A DNA stretch of 48,278 nt from Octopus bimaculoides. Taxonomy: Eukaryota. The stretch covers positions 35,689,888-35,738,165 of the forward strand of contig NC_068993.1 in the NCBI RefSeq assembly GCF_001194135.2. The letters run 5' to 3'. The notes under the pieces were generated by a model that searched no databases, was not told where the DNA came from, and saw only the letters and a program-made list of their open reading frames with translations. Shown here piece after piece: positions 35,155 through 48,191 of the stretch. A program made the translations under genes and the position numbers. Each line of letters starts with the position of its first letter. Positions within the stretch are counted from its first letter, which is position 1.

Positions 35155-35236
<82 letters not shown>
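35110..35236. repeat. (GT)n microsatellite
   Basis: Directly visible. Confidence 0.95.
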
Positions 35237-35238
<2 letters not shown>

Positions 35239-36682
35239 ATGATTAACTTATTTCCTAGGGTTGAGCATGATTATGTGAAGTACATGTAGTAATGATTATA
35301 TGAAGCACTTGTTTACGTGTTAGCATGTCTATAGTGTTCAGTGCATAGCTTGCCTGAATAGGTTAGAAAAGAGAGTAAATAACAAACACATCATTTCAAC
35401 TGCTACATGTTTCTGACATCAACGCTTCTATTGGAACATAAAACTTGTTTGCAATATATTGTCCGTCCGAAATATACACTTGTTTCCCTTTTGTTTTCTA
35501 CTTATATCGATCCAGTGTCCCGTTGAAATACAACGGATATTTCTAACTGTAGACATGTTATTATTGGATGAGAGTAAACGTTCTAAAAGATATGATTCTG
35601 GCTAGACAAACATCGAATGAATATCTCTATACAGAGAATCAACCTGTTTGGAAGAACAGCCAAATTCCCCTCAAGTTAACCCTACCATTTAAAGGCGGAA
35701 AAGTGCATACATTTTTAAAACACAGGACGGTCACGAATGGAACGCCTTTTACCTTAGACCCGTTCGGTAGGATAAGTTTGGCTTGGTGACGAGCAACAAG
35801 AACCGAATGATAAAGAGTTCGAATCCCGACAGTGTTTATCAAATGGTCATTTTTGATGACAAAAGTTCTCCACCAAACGTAGCTAAGATAGATTTAGTAA
35901 TAATAAATATCTAAAGAAAATTAAACCCACAACGTAGTCACCTACCTACACTAATAGCTCACCAACACCACCGAATAATTACAAAAAAAAACATCGTAAA
36001 TTTCCTACTAAATGAGAACTTGAGAAGTTAGTTTGCAATGCTGAATTAAAACTGATTTTTCTTCAAATGTGGCTACATAAATGAAAGGATAAAACCGAAA
36101 GTGAATTCCTCAATGAAACAATAGCAAGCAGTAGTGACAATGTTATAGATGACAGCTGTGATTAATGAGTTGATAGACATATTTAATCAACTGTAAACGA
36201 AGCACGGAGTCTTCCGAGTGAAATGTGTTTGGCATGAAACTTATTCTGTATAAAATATTAGTCTTAAATTACAGAGATAAGAGAGCTTTCTCTATCTCCC
36301 TCTCTCTCCCCCTCTCTATCCCTCTCTCTCTCTCTCTTTATCTGTCTATCAATCTATCTGTCTCCCTATCTCTCAGTTTTCTTCACCTTTTCTCCCTTAG
36401 CCAAATACGTTCTATTGGAAGATAGCTTCTAGCTATTAAACTGATACAAAATTCTTTCTACATAAGAAATATTATGCAAAATTTGTGCCGGTATAGCATT
36501 TCATGCTTGTTGTGCAGATTGGTAAACAGTGGTTAGCATGTTAGCATCCTTAGTAGCTTAGTACTAATGCCATCGGATACCCCAGAGCGGGAGTTCAAAA
36601 ACTGTTACATATATAAACAGTTCATTCTTCAACTGGTGCAACTCATTTGGTAATCAAAACACAGCACCTTGCGTAATAGCTC

Positions 36683-36850
36683 AAGGGTGGTGCATTGGCA
36701 GTGTCGTTAGAGCATCAGACAAAATGCCTCACAATATCCCATTTGGATAATTACGTTCTGGTTTGAAATATTGACGAGATCACCTTTGCACCTAATCCTT
36801 TCAGGGTCGATGAAATAAAGTACTGATAAAGTTATGGGTTTCGATATCAC
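36683..36850 (+). mobile_element. Degenerate family A SINE
   Basis: TTGGCAGTGTCGTTAGAGCATCAGACAAAATGC head and ATCCTTTCAGGGTCGATGAAATAAAGTAC core. Confidence 0.7.
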
Positions 36851-36998
36851 TGTTCTCCTCGTCGAAATGTAATGCCTAGGTCCTATGTAACTAAAGACAT
36901 ATCACCCTGCACTCAAACACACACACACACACACACGCACGCACACACGCATGCACGCACTCACACACACACACACACACACACACACGTACACACAC

Positions 36999-37039
36999 NN
37001 NNNNNNNNNNNNNNNNNNNNNNNNNNNNNNNNNNNNNNN
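36999..37039. other. Assembly gap (N) within (CA)n
   Basis: Run of N. Confidence 1.
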
Positions 37040-37111
<72 letters not shown>

Positions 37112-38239
37112 GTTCACGGTCTAACGGTTCCAAGATTTAATCATATTTTAATAAATCTAACAAACAATTTCTAACAGCTATGAATGTTTTAACTTAACTG
37201 AATTACGGGAGATATTTTTATTAGGTAACAGAACTAATGTAAAAGGAAAAGGTTATGTAAATGCTTGGAGCAAACGTCTTTGATCTTTATAATCAATTGG
37301 ATCATGTTCAATTCTTTACCGGTCTTCATAACAGATTTTTGCACCCACTTCCGATGATTATACAATTTACGACTCTTCCGAATGAAAGATTCTTTTCACA
37401 ATATTGGCCGAGTATCAAATTAAATATTTTATCGGACCAATATTCTATATAACAGTAAAATATCTTTTGTTGTGGAGGAAAACTATACAAATGCATGGCT
37501 CCAACCATTATTTGGTTTCTTTCATATATATATAACCTATGTGTTTGTTGGGTCACTTTTAATTATTCCCTCCTTCGAAAGATAATAAACTGAAGTTGCA
37601 TAACTCTTCGGTACTCCTTAGAGTACTACTGCCAACAAAGAACAGTGTTCCTCAGTTTTAAAGGACAAATGAAGCTTAGGAAATAAAAAAACTGGAAGCA
37701 ATAGAATTAACTAACACACATCTCTACTTCAATGTTTATAATTTTTTTCAATATAGATAAATGCAATGAATAAAAGGGTAGATGAGATGCATTTTACAGA
37801 TTCAGGCATTTCTTCCAAACGTGTCTTCTACTCATAAATTATATAAACATCATTTTTTGAAGTGTTTATAAGCAAATATTCTGATTGAGTCAGAATGCAC
37901 ATTGCTCCAGAGTTGTAATGTATTAAGTGTAATGTCTTTGATAAAAATCTAAACAACAAATGTGAAGTGATGACAACCCATGACACTTCGTTCAACGGAC
38001 TAACGGTCACTCAGCTTGGTCAACTGGAACATTTTGCTGTTTATAAGAGAAAACAATCGGTTTATTAGAGGAAACCGTCTATATAAACTTGACCAAGCTA
38101 CACATATAACCTGGATATATTTGTGGTACTGGCCAGATGTACCCATAACTCTGATTTCATAATGTGTACTCCCCAGATATATCGCGAATTTCGGCTATTT
38201 AAATACTAATCCATGCACTCTAATCTGCAGCTGTTTGGT

Positions 38240-38710
38240 TTAATTTAGATAACTTAGATATATTTCAGCCAAAGATTGGTCCAGGCCATGTCTAACTTAA
38301 TAGAACTCCCTGATAGGACCTGTTAAGTCATTTTCAAATCAAGTTTTGTGGTATCATGGCCCATTCATGTAGAGCGTTGTTGTTGACTGAGATGTACCCA
38401 GGTATAGATGGCTTATCTGGTATCCCTTGAATAAATTTGTCCCGGTTTTGTTTGAAGGTGATGGGATCTTTTGTTCTTTGATTTCTTTTGAGATAATGTT
38501 AAGTAGAACAGGGCCTGTTGAGGAACAGAAATTGCATTGCAGTGAATTTGTGTATTGTGAGCCTGAATTGTGTAGGGAGTGTATTGTCCGTGGCCCCAGT
38601 CTTAGCTGAATTCTGTATCTAATGTTAAGGTCAGCTAGGCAATGCCGTTGGTATGTTCTCCACCTTGAGCAAATGATGTAATGCTCACACTACGTAGGTG
38701 ATGGAAGTTA
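38240..38710 (-). mobile_element. 3' end of a CR1/L2-group LINE
   Basis: Minus frames read STGPVLLNIISKEIK and DPITFKQNRDKFIQGIPDKPSIPGYISVNNNALHEW (the FKxxLDKFLxxIPDxP-type ORF2 terminus), followed by a short UTR and an ATCTAAGTT-type repeated tail. Confidence 0.7.
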
Positions 38711-39389
38711 ACGAGACCTGACATTGATAGTTACTGTTCTACTTACTACACTTGATGGGAAATATTATTGACACTTGTAAAGACGACAAGAATACCACCT
38801 GCACAATCATCGTTATGAATGTTAACTTCTTTATTCATAAAAGTGAATGTATTCTTGTGCTCCAGATTGTAGACAACATTTTACACAGAGATATCTGAAA
38901 TGGTTCATTGGTGAACCTCTTTTCCAGAGGATATAGGGATTTTCCGATACTTTCTAACATAAGAAAGATTGCCGTTGTCAATGGTTAAATCCTTGCGAAT
39001 AAGAAAGAGCTTATACAATTACAACCTGTGAGTGAATGAAGCTCGAGATGTTAATAAGCAGGTAACAATAATATTCCCAAACATACATCTCAAATTCGAT
39101 GTTTTTAAATGATTTCAAGGAAGTGCTTTACACCCACAGTAAAAGAAGCAGCAAATGTGATGAATCTCAAAAATTTGTATTTCTTTCCAGAAGACTATTA
39201 TGAATACACTGCGCATAAAATTCAACTGAAACCATAAGTTGTGACTGAAAGAACATTCCAAGAATTGTTGAAGACTATCACCCACTTTCCACACAATTTA
39301 TCTTGGATATAGTAAATTAATTTGATTGTATTTATTTACTTAAGACATAAATAAACCTGGTCAAGGTTCGTTACTGCTCCTAATAGTTA

Positions 39390-39554
39390 CCGTATTTAAT
39401 GGCATATGATGCGCATTTTCTTTTCTAAAGTGGCTCAAAACATTGCCTGAAATTTCGGCCTCCTATAAGCACTAAAAACGCTATTTTTCTTATACACTGC
39501 TGAAATTAGGATGGGTCTAATATGTCTGTCTGATTTTTGTACCATCAAATACAG
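39390..39554. mobile_element. pogo/Tigger-like MITE (same family as 34046)
   Basis: TA|CCGTATTTAATGGCATATGATGCGCA left TIR, ..CCATCAAATACAG right end, and the shared CACTGCTGAAATTAG block. Confidence 0.65.
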
Positions 39555-41497
39555 CTATATACATTCAATGTCTTTAAAGAGACAAAACAGTAGGAAAAGA
39601 GGAATTTTTCTCATTCGAAAAGTTTCTAGCCGTTGTTAATTGAGGATAATTGAATGTTGTTACTTCTTCATCTAAGAATTTTTCTACTGCCACCATTTGA
39701 TCACACTCTAAATACGCCCTGTTTCCCTTCCTTATACTGTAACTATCGCTGGCCTCTTTGAAATTTCCTGAACTTGCAAAGTAATATACCATGCGTATGG
39801 AATGTTATACAATACAATGACTTTTCTTGCCATCACCTTTCTGTTGTCGTATAGCCAGAGGCCTGTCATTATAGCCTATTTTGATAACACCTCTCTAGTA
39901 CTATATTCCCCTTGGAATATGCTTCTTGATCAGATATGTTTCTTCAGATCCTCCACAGTTTAACTATCTGTTATTCTAGGAGCATTTGAACAAATTGCAC
40001 TGAATTACCCTTTCAATTTCATTGAAGCTGACAAACACAAAGAAAGATTGTTTACAAGGACCGGCATTTTCTTGAATATTGAATTCAAAAGATTTTAACT
40101 TCGACAATGACTATAGAAGATTGTTATTGACTGTGAAGAGGCCAAAGGGTGGTTTCTGTTTTATTCTTCTATCCAAACACCTCACGAAAGGAGAGAATGT
40201 TTACGCTTGATATATCCCTAGTTACGCCGAGATTTTGTTCTAGAATTGAAAATGTCATTGATCCACAAATGAATCACTGTGCCTAGATCCGTTAATAATC
40301 AATGATCAACGGAGGAATGGGACCTTGAAGCGAGTAAAGGCTCGTATAATTTTACCTCGGAAACGACAATTTGTTGTAAGCTGTGGAAATGCAAGCTAGA
40401 ATGGTACGGACAATCCTGTTGGATAACCTCAGCCTGAAACCAATGATTTACTCATAATAAATGTATTAACTTTGAAACACAAAACCAGCGGTGAAGGAGG
40501 AATATACCATTAAGTCAGTTCACGTTTGACCTGGTTCTTTTCTGATTATTGATATTTGACTAATTGATTTTCATTCAATAGTAATTCATTGTGATCTATT
40601 TTATATATAATCTGGGTACTTATATATACAAGTAGGTGGTTATATTTGTGCATGTATTTTTGTATGTAGACATTAATCCATTTATAAATGTCCTCATGCG
40701 CGCGTAATATTTCACAGTAGGAAATCACAAGTTTTGGAGTTGTAAGACTACAGTGTGTAGTAGAATGTGGGAGACGGAAAGAAACAGAGAGAGGGGGAAG
40801 AAACAGAGAGGGACTGTGAGAGATGTCGATTTTACGATATATATTGGAATATCTGTGTACAAGCGTTCTTTAAAACGGCTTAAATTACGCAGGCACATAT
40901 ACACACATACATGCAAATAAATACATCAATTACTTATACGCACACACATATATATATATATACGAAATACACGCATAAAATCTCACACATATGCATATAC
41001 GTTCAATTATATCTATGTATGTATACCAACATATGTTAATTTGTTGTATTATTTGTGGAAGACATGGATATGCTGAGGCCAACCAAGAAACATATACATA
41101 CACGCACACACACAACACGCACAAGCCACATACACACACATATACAGCATGCACAGACCACATGCACACAACACACACACACACACGCACAGATACACAC
41201 ACACACATACACACATAGCTACACTACATGTAGACAGAGTGTTAGATCGATCTATGCGAACCTGGTTATGAGTAGCGTTCGGTAAACAAGAGCTTTATTC
41301 AACTTTGATAACATTATTATTGCTTATATTGGACTAGAAGGAATCGACAAAGGACTCTGATCTGTTGTTACTAATCTCTATTATTGAACTTCTTCCTGTC
41401 TTTGTGATGTAGAAAAGAAATGGTTAGCACAATGTTCTAGCTATCATTGACGGATTACTTGAATTCATACTGGCATAAACAGTTGAAAGTAGGGAAT

Positions 41498-41546
<49 letters not shown>

Positions 41547-41609
41547 TTTTTTTCTCTCTCATCCGAGGAATACAATTAATTATTTCTGATATCAGCACAA
41601 GGTCATACA

Positions 41610-42250
41610 TTTGGGAGAGAGAATAGTCGATCACATCGAACCGAATAATTGAGTGATACTTATTTTATCGATCTCTAGAGATTTGAACACCGAACTTAAA
41701 GAGGCGTAACTAGGCCTCTCAAATCAATGCTGTCCATTGTTATACTCACTCAATCAACCACTGTTCTACTCCACCCACAGGTCTAGTCGGAGGATCAATC
41801 TTAAAAGTAGTATAGAAGGAGTATAATAATATTATGAAGTCTGCAATTTGAATGATGGTATAAATGATAATAACTCCTACCAAAGCATGCGGCCTGGAAT
41901 TTTGGGGACAGGACGTAAGTCGATTACATCGACCCCAATATTCAACTAGTATTTACTTTATTGGCGCCGAAAGGATGAAAGGCATAATCGGCCTCGGCGG
42001 AATTTGAACACAGAAAGTAAAGGGGAATAAAATGTTTAGCAGCATTTTATCCGGCACACAGGCAGCAATATGGATGGAGGATGAAAGTCGATCGATTACA
42101 TGGACGCCAGTGCTCAACTAATACTTATATTGTCGGCTCCCGAAAGAATGAGAAGCAAAGTCGGATTCGGCAGCATTTGAACTCAGAATGTAAAACCGGA
42201 AGAAATGCCGCTACGCATTTCGTTCGACGATGACACCAGCTCGCTGCCTC
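41610..42250 (-). mobile_element. Three consecutive family A SINE copies (~41610-41700, 41881-42058, 42075-42250)
   Basis: Repeated GTCGAT(T/C)ACAT..GA, TTAT..GAAAG.ATGA and TTTGAAC blocks. Confidence 0.75.
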
Positions 42251-42287
42251 AATAATAATAATAATGATGATAATAATAATAATAATG

Positions 42288-42336
<49 letters not shown>
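42250..42336. repeat. (AAT)n microsatellite
   Basis: Directly visible. Confidence 0.95.
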
Positions 42337-42338
<2 letters not shown>

Positions 42339-42549
42339 GCTTAACTGAAATTTAGCACACGTGACAGGAACTGAGAGGGATATCGTGGAACAGAGAAACT
42401 GTGGGTGATACAGATAATTGGACATTATTTTTGAATTCTGCATGCAAAAAAAAATATAAGATACAGGTATTCTTTTCTTTGGGACAAATTCTTTGTTGAC
42501 CAGTGTTATTCTTATCGCAGTTTACAAATCCAAGTATGGGACGCCCCGT

Positions 42550-42586
<37 letters not shown>

Positions 42587-42768
42587 TATGCACTTATATA
42601 TCAGTGATGTACATACATATATGCCAGGCATACATGATACTGAAGTATGCATAAAGTAAACACATGAAGACAAATATATTAATATAACAATTTTCTTTTA
42701 AATCATAAAAGCATACAATCAATGAAGAGACAAAAGAAACACTAAGATGATACATGTAGATTTTATTA

Positions 42769-42841
42769 GGTATTTCTGTTTATTTAGAAACCTACAATGA
42801 AATTGGGTATTCCTGTTTATTTAGAAACCAACAATGAGCAG
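42769..42841. repeat. 37-bp direct tandem duplication
   Basis: GGTATT(T/C)CTGTTTATTTAGAAACC(T/A)ACAATGA at 42769 and 42806. Confidence 0.85.
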
Positions 42842-43399
42842 GTTAGACGTTAAACTATAACAGAGTACAACTTTAAAGTTGACACCGCTACGCTAAACGC
42901 AGAACATTTGTCACGCTATTGGCTAAAAATACCCAGTTTTTTCGGTTTTTAAACCTCTGTGACATTTTCTCCAATGTTTTTTTCTCCAGGATATCACACC
43001 TTTCGAGCAATGAGATTGGAAGGCTAAATTATTATAGCCGATTTTCAGATTTTTTACTTCCTTTTAAAAAATGCATATTTTGCGAGTGAAAAAACTAGAT
43101 CCATTTTAAATGCTATAGGTAGAACGATGGTGGTAATGATAATCACTGTGGCTATGGAGGCGACGCAATGCGAGCACGTTATTTATATATATGTGTGTAT
43201 GTATATACAAATAAAGAGAGGAAGAGGGAGATGGGATGTCAATAACAACTCTCGTGAGAACCCACGAACGACTCATGGAAACATGAATTAACGGCGACAA
43301 TGAAGCTATATGGTGATCATGGTGAAGGTTTCCGCCCGGCGCGTCCGAAACCGCCCGCATCAGAGGCAGTGATCTGGCTTCGGACGGTCGTTATGTCAC

Positions 43400-43930
43400 A
43401 ACTGATTACATATACGGTGTGCACAAAAACAGACATCAGTGAATGTCATGAAAGAGCAAAGCTGGAAAGAAATCGTGGAGTAGACCGACGTACCTTTAAA
43501 TTTTGGATGGAAAAGAACATGTGTCCAATGTCAGAAAATAAACTAATGAACTAAATGAGAGTGATTAGGAGGAAGGATTACTTAACAGGAATAGAAATAT
43601 CTCGGATTAGTGAGAGTCTGAGAGCCCTTTAGATTGACTATGAAGGATGGTCAGAGTTGAAAACAGATAAGAATTGAAAGCATGGAGAAGAGTAGACAGG
43701 AGGAACAGGGAATGGTGATGGTGCTATTAAGGATGACAAACAGGAACGTTATACAGTGAACCCTGATACTGTGGTGGGTGGAGATGCAGGGGAAATGAAC
43801 CAACTAGATAAGGAATTGCTTGAAACGACTCACCAACTTGATGAATGCTCCAGAAGAAAAGATCCACATGAATATGAGAAGAGTAGATAGGAGTATGGTA
43901 AATAAAGTAACACAAAAGATAAATACATGT
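43400..43930 (-). mobile_element. Possible N-terminal region of a Penelope-like ORF
   Basis: Purine-rich + strand as in the 24355 element, with weak peptide resemblance (AIPYLVGSFPLHLHPPQYQGSL; FNSYLFSTLT). No catalytic motif. Confidence 0.3.
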
Positions 43931-44199
43931 GTGTGTGTATTTGTGTGTGTATCTGTCTTGTGTATGTGAAGTGTGAGTGTGTGTAGATGGTCATGTGCTT
44001 CTGTCTCCTTTTGTGTATTTTTATGTGTATGTATGTGCGTATGAATGTGTGTATGTATGTGTGTGTATGTGTATATGTATGTGTGTATGTGTTTCTGTAT
44101 TACCTATGTACCTATATAATACTTATCTATCTGCTTATTTACATATCTATTTACCTTTATATATATATATATATATATATATACACGTCTACATAACAG

Positions 44200-45400
44200 C
44201 CTACTACCGAATCTACCTGTGTATGTATAAAACTCGGGTATTGGGGTGTCACTACCTTCTACGTATATCTCATATTTAGTACTGGGGATGTTCCATTTAT
44301 GAGGACGTACTCTTGTATTTGTCTGAGAGTGGGGTCGTTCGGGTGTTTCGATAAAATGCGAATGTCAAACCGACCCAGCGTGCCTCTTTATTCGTCTTTG
44401 ACATGTTGGTAGACTAGGAGGACTGTTTTTGTCGTCGTACTGTCTCAAATGTCCGTAATTCTCCTAGATGTCTCACCAATATATGCCATGCTCTTGTCTT
44501 CACAAGCACCCTCTATTCATCTTATGCTGTAGATTACATTTTTAATTCTACAGTTAATGCCAGTGTTAATCTTACACACCATGCACTTTTTATTGGTGCA
44601 TATGCTATGCTCAAAGTGGTACGTCCTACTTAATTCTGATCTGATAGAGCTCTCTGGATTTTCAACTATCGTAATGTTGAGTTTGACCTCCTTCAGAGTT
44701 TTCTTCGGGCAAATCTTCGGGCTAGTTCTCCATGGGTTATGGCCTCTACAAACACGACTCTTTAATATTTGTCGGCCTTGTACCATGTGTTCACCTCGTT
44801 TACTTTGTCGGTCTATTCCAGTCTTTACTTCTGTATCTAGGACACGTATTATTGGTTTCATTACACATAATGTAATCTAATTTCTTTCTCGCTCCCCTGT
44901 ATACCCGAACCCTGTCATTCTGGTCATATCGAGAGAACTGCACGCGGTGCATGAAGTTCTGTACATGTTTATTTGTTTCAAAGATTTTTGTATAGGGAAG
45001 ACAAGTTCTTCGTTGTCCTAAGTCTGCTATCAGTATGTTGATTTTCATATTCTGTGCAAAAGCTGAGCTCTTGTGAGCTACATATTTAGAAGCTATATAT
45101 ACACCACGGGCTTCTTTCATTTTCCGCCTAACAAATCCACTCATAAGGCTTTGGTCGGCACCTGCATGTAACAGAAGACACTGAGTTCAATCCTACTGCC
45201 ATGCAGTGGGACTGAACGTGGAACCATGTGGTTGAGAGGTAAATTTCTTACCACACCGCCACTCCTGCACCTATACTTAACGTATCCCTCCTCTATAATC
45301 AATAAGTTGCTAATTATCCAACATAGCCGAATCACTATTTTCTGATTGCTCTTTTCTAGTTGTAGAAAACGTCTTTTTCGTAAAGTCAGTTGTGTATAGA
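44200..45400 (-). mobile_element. Decayed Penelope-like element (third lineage): RT thumb + GIY-YIG
   Basis: Minus frames read ASKYVAHKSSAFAQNMKINILIADL, NFMHRVQFSRYDQ, CTNKKCMVCK..CRIKNVIYSIR*..AYIGETSRR (VIY at 44529-44537, YIG at 44475-44483, same frame) and ILSKHPNDPTLRQIQEYVLI..PVLN. Interrupted by a SINE at 45101-45271. Confidence 0.8.
45101..45271 (-). mobile_element. Family C SINE 5' half nested in the Penelope-like element
   Basis: Reverse strand GGTGCAGGAGTGGCGGTGTGGTAAGAA..GTTCAGTCCCACTGCATGG..AAAGCCTTATGAGTGGATTTG. Confidence 0.85.
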
Positions 45401-46710
45401 TTGTCTTTCAGAAGATTCTCTTTTCTTTGACACTGCATCAAATGTAGAGTAGATTAAAGGATCACGCTCTCATCGTTACATAATGCCAATAATCATTTTA
45501 TGGTTAATATCTCAATCATGTCTCTATGTAATTTTCAAACAATATTGTTGATATGGTGTTCATTATTTATTCTTATATACGTAACTACAAAAATAACTAG
45601 TCATTAAAAAGTTAATTAAGGTTACAACTGAGATATACTTAAAGCCAATAACTAATATATAAAGAATAACTATAATGTAAGTGTTATTTTTAAAAAAATA
45701 TAACTATCGAGTATCCTAAAGAAATGTTTATTTTTGATAATTTTTTCAATGTTATAAAAATATTCCTTTCTTTTTGAAAATATAATTTTAGATAACACTT
45801 AATTGAATTTCAGCTCGGAAATCTGACATCAAAAGCGCTGTGGATTTATTTTTTACTATGCCTTTAAAAAAGGGTCATATTTACATGTTATCTCTCTCTT
45901 TCCCTCTCTCTATTTCTTTCTCTCCCTTTCTCTCTCTCTCTTTCTCTCTCTCCCTCTCTTTTAGTCTTCTAAATTTATTCTCTGTACCTTTCTCACTCAC
46001 TCATTTTGCTCGTCCACCTCTCTCGCTCTCTCTTTGTCTCTCTCTCTCTCTCTCTCTGTTCCTCTACTTCTCTCATTCTCTCTTTCAATCTCTCACTGAG
46101 CAAAATTAAACTTTGTAAATCTGTTGTATTATTTCTGCGTTCCTGATGGTTCATCATATTTCATATTTATGTGATAAATATCGATTCCCCTCTACCTGAG
46201 TTTAAAATAAATTTTTGTAGTCGGTGCAACTGATTTAATCAACCCCCATATATTACTTATAATTATTTTATTGACCTCGGTCAAGTGAAAATGTAACTTG
46301 GGTGGACGGGAATTCAAGACAGACAGGAATTAAACTAAATAGTAGACAATAATAAAGACATTTATTTTTCCCTGTCTTCTGTTTCTATAAGTTCAAAATT
46401 CCTATTGCTACAGCAGATACTGGTTCTTAAGTAGAAATAAGATCAATAATTCACTGGGAATTAAAGAAAATGTTATATTTTACAATATAAGAGCCAGTGT
46501 ACATGAGATAAAGAAGCTTCAACCAGGAAAAACAAAAAAAAACATAGGTTCAGGTATTCACCTTGGTTATAACTTGACTTTAGTCCCGAGCAGCATACAT
46601 CTCTCTTTATTGCTATAAATAAAATAGATCTTACTGACTGGCATCTCCTGCAGTAATGTTAACCGAAGTAAGTTATATAGAACTGTTCTGATTATAGTAC
46701 TGTACTGAAA

Positions 46711-46924
46711 TCTGTAGGTACAAGTCCTGAAATCTTGTGAGGTGAGGAAGTCGATTATATTGACTTTTCAAATAGCACTCATTTTATCAACCCTCAAAGG
46801 ATGAAATATTCAACCAGTACTTATTTTATCCATCCCGAAACAATAAAAGGCAACCTCGATGGTATTTGAACTCAAAACAAGCATGTTATCCGGCGTGCTA
46901 ACGATTCTGTAATTTCACCATCTT
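46711..46924 (-). mobile_element. Family A SINE with duplicated central block and shortened head
   Basis: Two ACT(C/T)ATTTTATC..CC..AAA..AT.AAA blocks precede TTTGAACTC and CCGGCGTGCTAACGATTCTG. Confidence 0.65.
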
Positions 46925-47333
46925 AGCCATGAATATAACAAACACTAGGAATATTTCATAGGTTGATTGTATTATAAAGAGATAACATGATGAATCTGGT
47001 ATTATTTCTTAAGCTTAGGACGTAGTAAAGCAGACCAAATACGAAAGACGATCATTATTTTTTACGAACTCAGCCAAGATGTAGCAAACCTATGACACAA
47101 AGTATTCTAACTATGGCATTACAGCCAATTTTTTTTTTTCTTGTTTGAAATAGCGTAATTAAGATAAGGTTAATAAATTATCCTTTCTTTTAAACAACTG
47201 GTTGTATATCTAGCGAGTTGAAGCCCGCTGTGCGAATGCGTATATGTGCGTATGTACATACACACACGCGCGCGCGCGCGCGCGCACGCACACACGCACA
47301 CAAACCCACACTCATTCACACACATACACATAC

Positions 47334-47374
<41 letters not shown>

Positions 47375-47552
47375 NNNNNNNNNNNNNNNNNNNNNNNNNN
47401 NNNNNNNNNNNNNNNNNNNNNNNNNNNNNNNNNNNNNNNNNNNNNNNNNNNNNNNNNNNNNNNNNNNNNNNNNNNNNNNNNNNNNNNNNNNNNNNNNNNN
47501 NNNNNNNNNNNNNNNNNNNNNNNNNNNNNNNNNNNNNNNNNNNNNNNNNNNN
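47375..47552. other. Assembly gap (N)
   Basis: Run of N. Confidence 1.
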
Positions 47553-47772
47553 GAGTTCAATTCCCGGTGGCGCGTTGTATCCTTGAACAAGACACTTTAT
47601 TTCACATTGCTCGGGCCGACTTAGCTAGCAAAAATGAGTAGTACCTGTCACACGGAATCTACCTGAGAACTACGTTAAGGATACACATGTCTGTGGAGTG
47701 CTCAGCCAGTTGCACGTTAATTTCACGAGCAAGCTATTCATTTCACCCCCGTCATCGTGACTGACGGAGTGC
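47553..47772 (+). mobile_element. Family B SINE (head partly in the gap)
   Basis: B-box GAGTTCAATTCC, CORE-like GTTGTATCCTTGAACAAGACACTTTATTTCAC, and a 3' tail shared with 4204-4507 ending ACGGAGTGC. Confidence 0.85.
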
Positions 47773-47787
47773 TTATATACTTATATA

Positions 47788-47818
<31 letters not shown>

Positions 47819-47820
<2 letters not shown>

Positions 47821-47847
47821 TAGCAGAGATACCCAGCCTTTCTCAGG
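47819..47847 (-). mobile_element. Possible Helitron 3' terminus
   Basis: Reverse strand CCTGAGAAAGGCTGGGTATCTCTGCTAGT: a degenerate GC-rich hairpin-like segment followed by CTAG|T, abutting (TA)n. Confidence 0.4.
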
Positions 47848-47865
47848 ATTATAATGGCATTGATT

Positions 47866-48189
47866 TCTTTTATTGTTTCACTTGGTTCAGTGATGTGATT
47901 GCGGCCATACTGGAGCACCGTCTTTGGTTGGAAAAGATCGACAACAGCATTTATTCTTTGTAAGCTTAGTACTATTCTATCAGACTCTGTTGCCGAACCG
48001 CTAAGTTAAGGAAACATATACACACCAACTCGGTTGTCAAGCGATGGTGGGAGTACAAACACAGATATTCACAAATACACACACGCACACACACAAATAT
48101 ATACATATATACGACAGTCTTATTTCAGTTTCCATGCACGAAATCCACTCACAAGTCTTTGGTCAGCCTGAGGTTACTGAGGCTATAAT
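47866..48189 (-). mobile_element. Family C SINE (body and tail, internal CA/TA repeat)
   Basis: GCGGCCATACTGGAGCACC, GCCGAACCGCTAAGTT, GGTTGTCAAGCGATG and AAATCCACTCACAAG blocks. Confidence 0.85.
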
Positions 48190-48191
48190 GT

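Noticed and set aside
38730-39030. Possible additional GIY-YIG remnant upstream of the CR1 fragment
   Set aside because: Only vague peptide resemblance; no GIY or YIG motif is readable.
42340-43110. DNA-transposon-like subterminal phrases (TTTTGAATTCTGCATGC, AGCCGATTTTCAGATT)
   Set aside because: I could not identify TIRs, a TSD or coding remnants, so no boundaries can be supported.
43318-43352. TGGTGAAGG..CCGAAAC as a fourth hammerhead
   Set aside because: The core has two substitutions, no GUH follows GAAAC, and there is no stem I.
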